A stretch of 63,460 bases of DNA, counting the filler, from Reticulomyxa filosa (lineage: Eukaryota > Protista > Foraminifera), in NCBI GenBank assembly GCA_000512085.1. It is 18 parts of 18 records of this genome, joined end to end, with 100 filler letters (N's around TTAATTAATTAA, not from the genome) between each part and the next. Parts side by side here need not be neighbours in the genome. Positions count along the whole stretch, not along the records: positions 61,133 to 62,148 come from ASPP01026870.1; positions 62,249 to 63,460 come from ASPP01008808.1; 16 more parts are not named here. The stretch is one strand, 5' to 3'. Both the position numbers and the translations under genes were made by a program. A model generated the notes under the pieces. That model did not search any database. It saw only the letters and a list, made by a program, of their open reading frames with translations, and was not told where the DNA came from. Positions within the stretch are counted from its first letter, which is position 1; each line of letters opens with the position of its first letter. Shown here piece by piece: positions 61,191 through 63,460 of this stretch.

Positions 61191-61717
61191 TATATCTTTG
61201 GCGAGGTCGGTTGAAGTAATTCCAAAGTGCCATAGATTTCGAAGCCAGTCAATACCAAAGCAAAATTGTCACTTGAATTTGGCGGTGATAATGATTCTGA
61301 AATTGTGATAGAATTTCTTCGTCATGATTTTCCATTGATGGATCTGTCCTGTTTTTTTCAATGGCTTGTCGTTCTTATACTCGATCACTCTTGATACCCT
61401 TCCAGTCTCCAATTGCGCAATGCATTGCGGCCACTGTATAAATAATGTCGCAATTTGTAATAAGAAGGACAGATCCGTCTTTCGCCAAAGTCAATAGCCA
61501 CACAACTATTGGATTTCGATTTGGTGACGCCGCGAATGGCAGGTTTGCTATTGAAAGATAAGGTCTTCATTCGAACATACACTACTCACTCGTCCATTGG
61601 CTCGTGTTATCTTTGCCTCACTTAACACGTCCAAAAATAAAGTGTTCATTTGTTCATACGATTTTTCCGGTGGACAATAAAGCAGCAAGTTTTGATTGTC
61701 GAATATTACTGTTAGAA
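61191..61717 (-). pseudogene. HECTD1-type discoidin (F5/8C-like) domain, frameshifted
   Basis: Across frames: VAIDFGERRICPSYYKLRHY..ALRNWRLEG / YKNDKPLKKTGQIHQWKI..FYHNFRIIIT / PNSSDNFALVLTGFEIYGTL. Confidence 0.75.
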
Positions 61718-62399
61718 CTGCAAAGGGGAATCAAACACAAATGCATATTTATATATGTGTATGTAAGGTATATGTATATGTATTTCTTTTAAATAATTGG
61801 AAAGTATTTTTGACAAACAAAAACTTGATTCTTTTAGCAAACTTGACCTCCTTTTTTTTTTGTAAATTGCAACTGGGCAAATTTAAAAAAAAAGGGTGCG
61901 TGAGTAGAAATAAATGGAAGTGATTTACTTGTTGTCGCATGTGATTGTTCGTGTTTTTTATCATCTTCGTTCTTGAGAATAGTGAAAGTGTTGATGTGGT
62001 CGTCGACGTCGCTTAAGAAGTCGATCATAACATTGAGTCCACTGCTTTGACGAGAATAGCTATTGCTGCCCCTTCGAGATAATTCTCCACTGTTGTTATT
62101 GTTGTGACGTTGAGTACTATGACTGTTTGTGTTAGTGTTAGGATGACCNNNNNNNNNNNNNNNNNNNNNNNNNNNNNNNNNNNNNNNNNNNNTTAATTAA
62201 TTAANNNNNNNNNNNNNNNNNNNNNNNNNNNNNNNNNNNNNNNNNNNNATGGCGATACCTTTATTGATTTGTAAAAAAAAAAAAAAAAAAAAAAAGAAAC
62301 AGTGTATATAAGTTAAATATATAAACATAAATATATATACATATATATATTTATATATATTTATATATGTATATATTTGTTTGATGGATTATTTAACCA

Positions 62400-63035
62400 A
62401 TAAAAAAAAGCATATCTTTGGACCAAGTCATAATGCGGAGCGAGCAATTCTTTCTCGGTGGTGACGGTTCTTGTGACGAATCGATCAAAATCATAACGGC
62501 CAGTCCATTGGTCTTTGGGATCATTTCTGGAGGGAATGATATCAGCAAACGGATGGTCGGTATCATCAGCCATTTCTCTGTGCGGCTCTTGCATCATTTT
62601 GAATCGACACATGTACGACATTTCATTGGGCTTCAGCTGCATCGTCCGTTTCACGATTACTTGTTCTCGAAGTTTGTTCAGCTCGGTTTTCAAAATGTTG
62701 TCATTGTTTGTGGAAAAGTGGAAATTGATTAGCACCAGCCGATAGTGTAGCAGTATATTGTTGTGCTTGTCGTTTTCGTATTGTCTTGCCAAGTCCATTG
62801 TCCTGTTGTCTGCGTGCAGCCACTCGTCCCAATAACTCTCGTTTTGATGGTCATTGTCACTGTCACTGTCATTGTCATTGTCATTGTCATTGTCATCGTC
62901 ATTGTCGCTGTCATTGTCATTGTCATTGCTGTCGTCAGTCATTGGCGCTTGTTGCAATGGACGTTTTGTGGTTTTCTTTTTCAATTGTGTCATTTGTAAC
63001 TCTGATCTTTTCTCGCCACTGTTTTGATTTTTCAA
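62400..63035 (-). CDS. Hypothetical protein exon with DN repeat
   Basis: 224-aa ORF flanked by (AT)n intron-like tracts. No recognisable domain. Confidence 0.5.
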
Positions 63036-63460
63036 TTATGTCAAAAGAAAAAAAAATATATATATATGTATATGTATATATATATATAAGTGTATAGATA
63101 TGTATGTATATATATATGTACATATATACTCATATCAAAATAACCTGTTGTTTTCATTGTCCGTTATTGTTTGTCGCACTTGCTCAAATTCTAGTTCCGG
63201 GTCATTGTCATCGACATTGTGTTGACTGTGTGGATATGGAACAAACTCGATCGGGTTATGTTCGTGTTGCTGCTTCTGTGCTCGTTGATGCTCGTAATGT
63301 TGTATTTTGGTGTCGTTGCTACTGCTCTCCTCAAATCTTAAGTGTACATTTAATCCGTTTTCCCCTTTGTCACTTTTGATTTTTATTTTAGTCTTTTTTT
63401 TGTTGTTGTCCTTTTTCTTTTTTTTCTGTTGATCATCATCACGATGATGATGATGATGAT

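Noticed and set aside
5487-62248. Recurring TTAATTAATTAA palindromes resembling a repeat array or excision signal
   Set aside because: Always centred in exactly 44+44 Ns, so it is an artificial six-frame-stop linker. Adjacency across these spacers has no biological meaning.
1-63460. CRISPR arrays, tRNA, rRNA or prokaryotic operons
   Set aside because: None seen. Repeats lack unique spacers and the genes have spliceosomal introns.

Overview
AT-rich, intron-containing eukaryotic DNA. It is not one locus: 18 short contigs are joined by 17 identical artificial 100-bp spacers (N44-TTAATTAATTAA-N44). The expanded families (kelch-like, WD40 with an 'IIxHWIRxLxIKLGWIxDFDKLV' cap, 42-aa TPR) and the homopolymer/microsatellite-rich introns resemble a foraminiferan (Rhizaria) such as Reticulomyxa filosa. 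That assignment is recognition from memory, not a search result. Recognisable genes: a decayed casein kinase 1 / gamma-glutamyltransferase / class-3 lipase block, a divergent actin fragment, TPR, kelch and WD40 proteins, prolyl 4-hydroxylase, an epoxide-hydrolase-like alpha/beta hydrolase, an XRN C-terminus with a pentapeptide-repeat tail, PTPA, a Tc1/mariner transposase relic, a ~2000-aa PKG-like kinase, a peroxisomal acyl-CoA dehydrogenase, a CxxS thioredoxin, a long EF-hand/coiled-coil repeat protein, a GT77-like glycosyltransferase and a discoidin-domain relic. Strongest leads: (1) a eukaryotic protein with a RelA/SpoT-like nucleotidyltransferase domain (29680-30653); (2) an unannotated ~190-nt structured RNA candidate with a TATA box and oligo-T end (20450-20645); (3) a PKG-like kinase with both cyclic-nucleotide pockets degenerate; (4) introns with A/AC-rich instead of pyrimidine-rich acceptors. 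Many single-base frameshifts fall in homopolymers and are probably sequencing errors.
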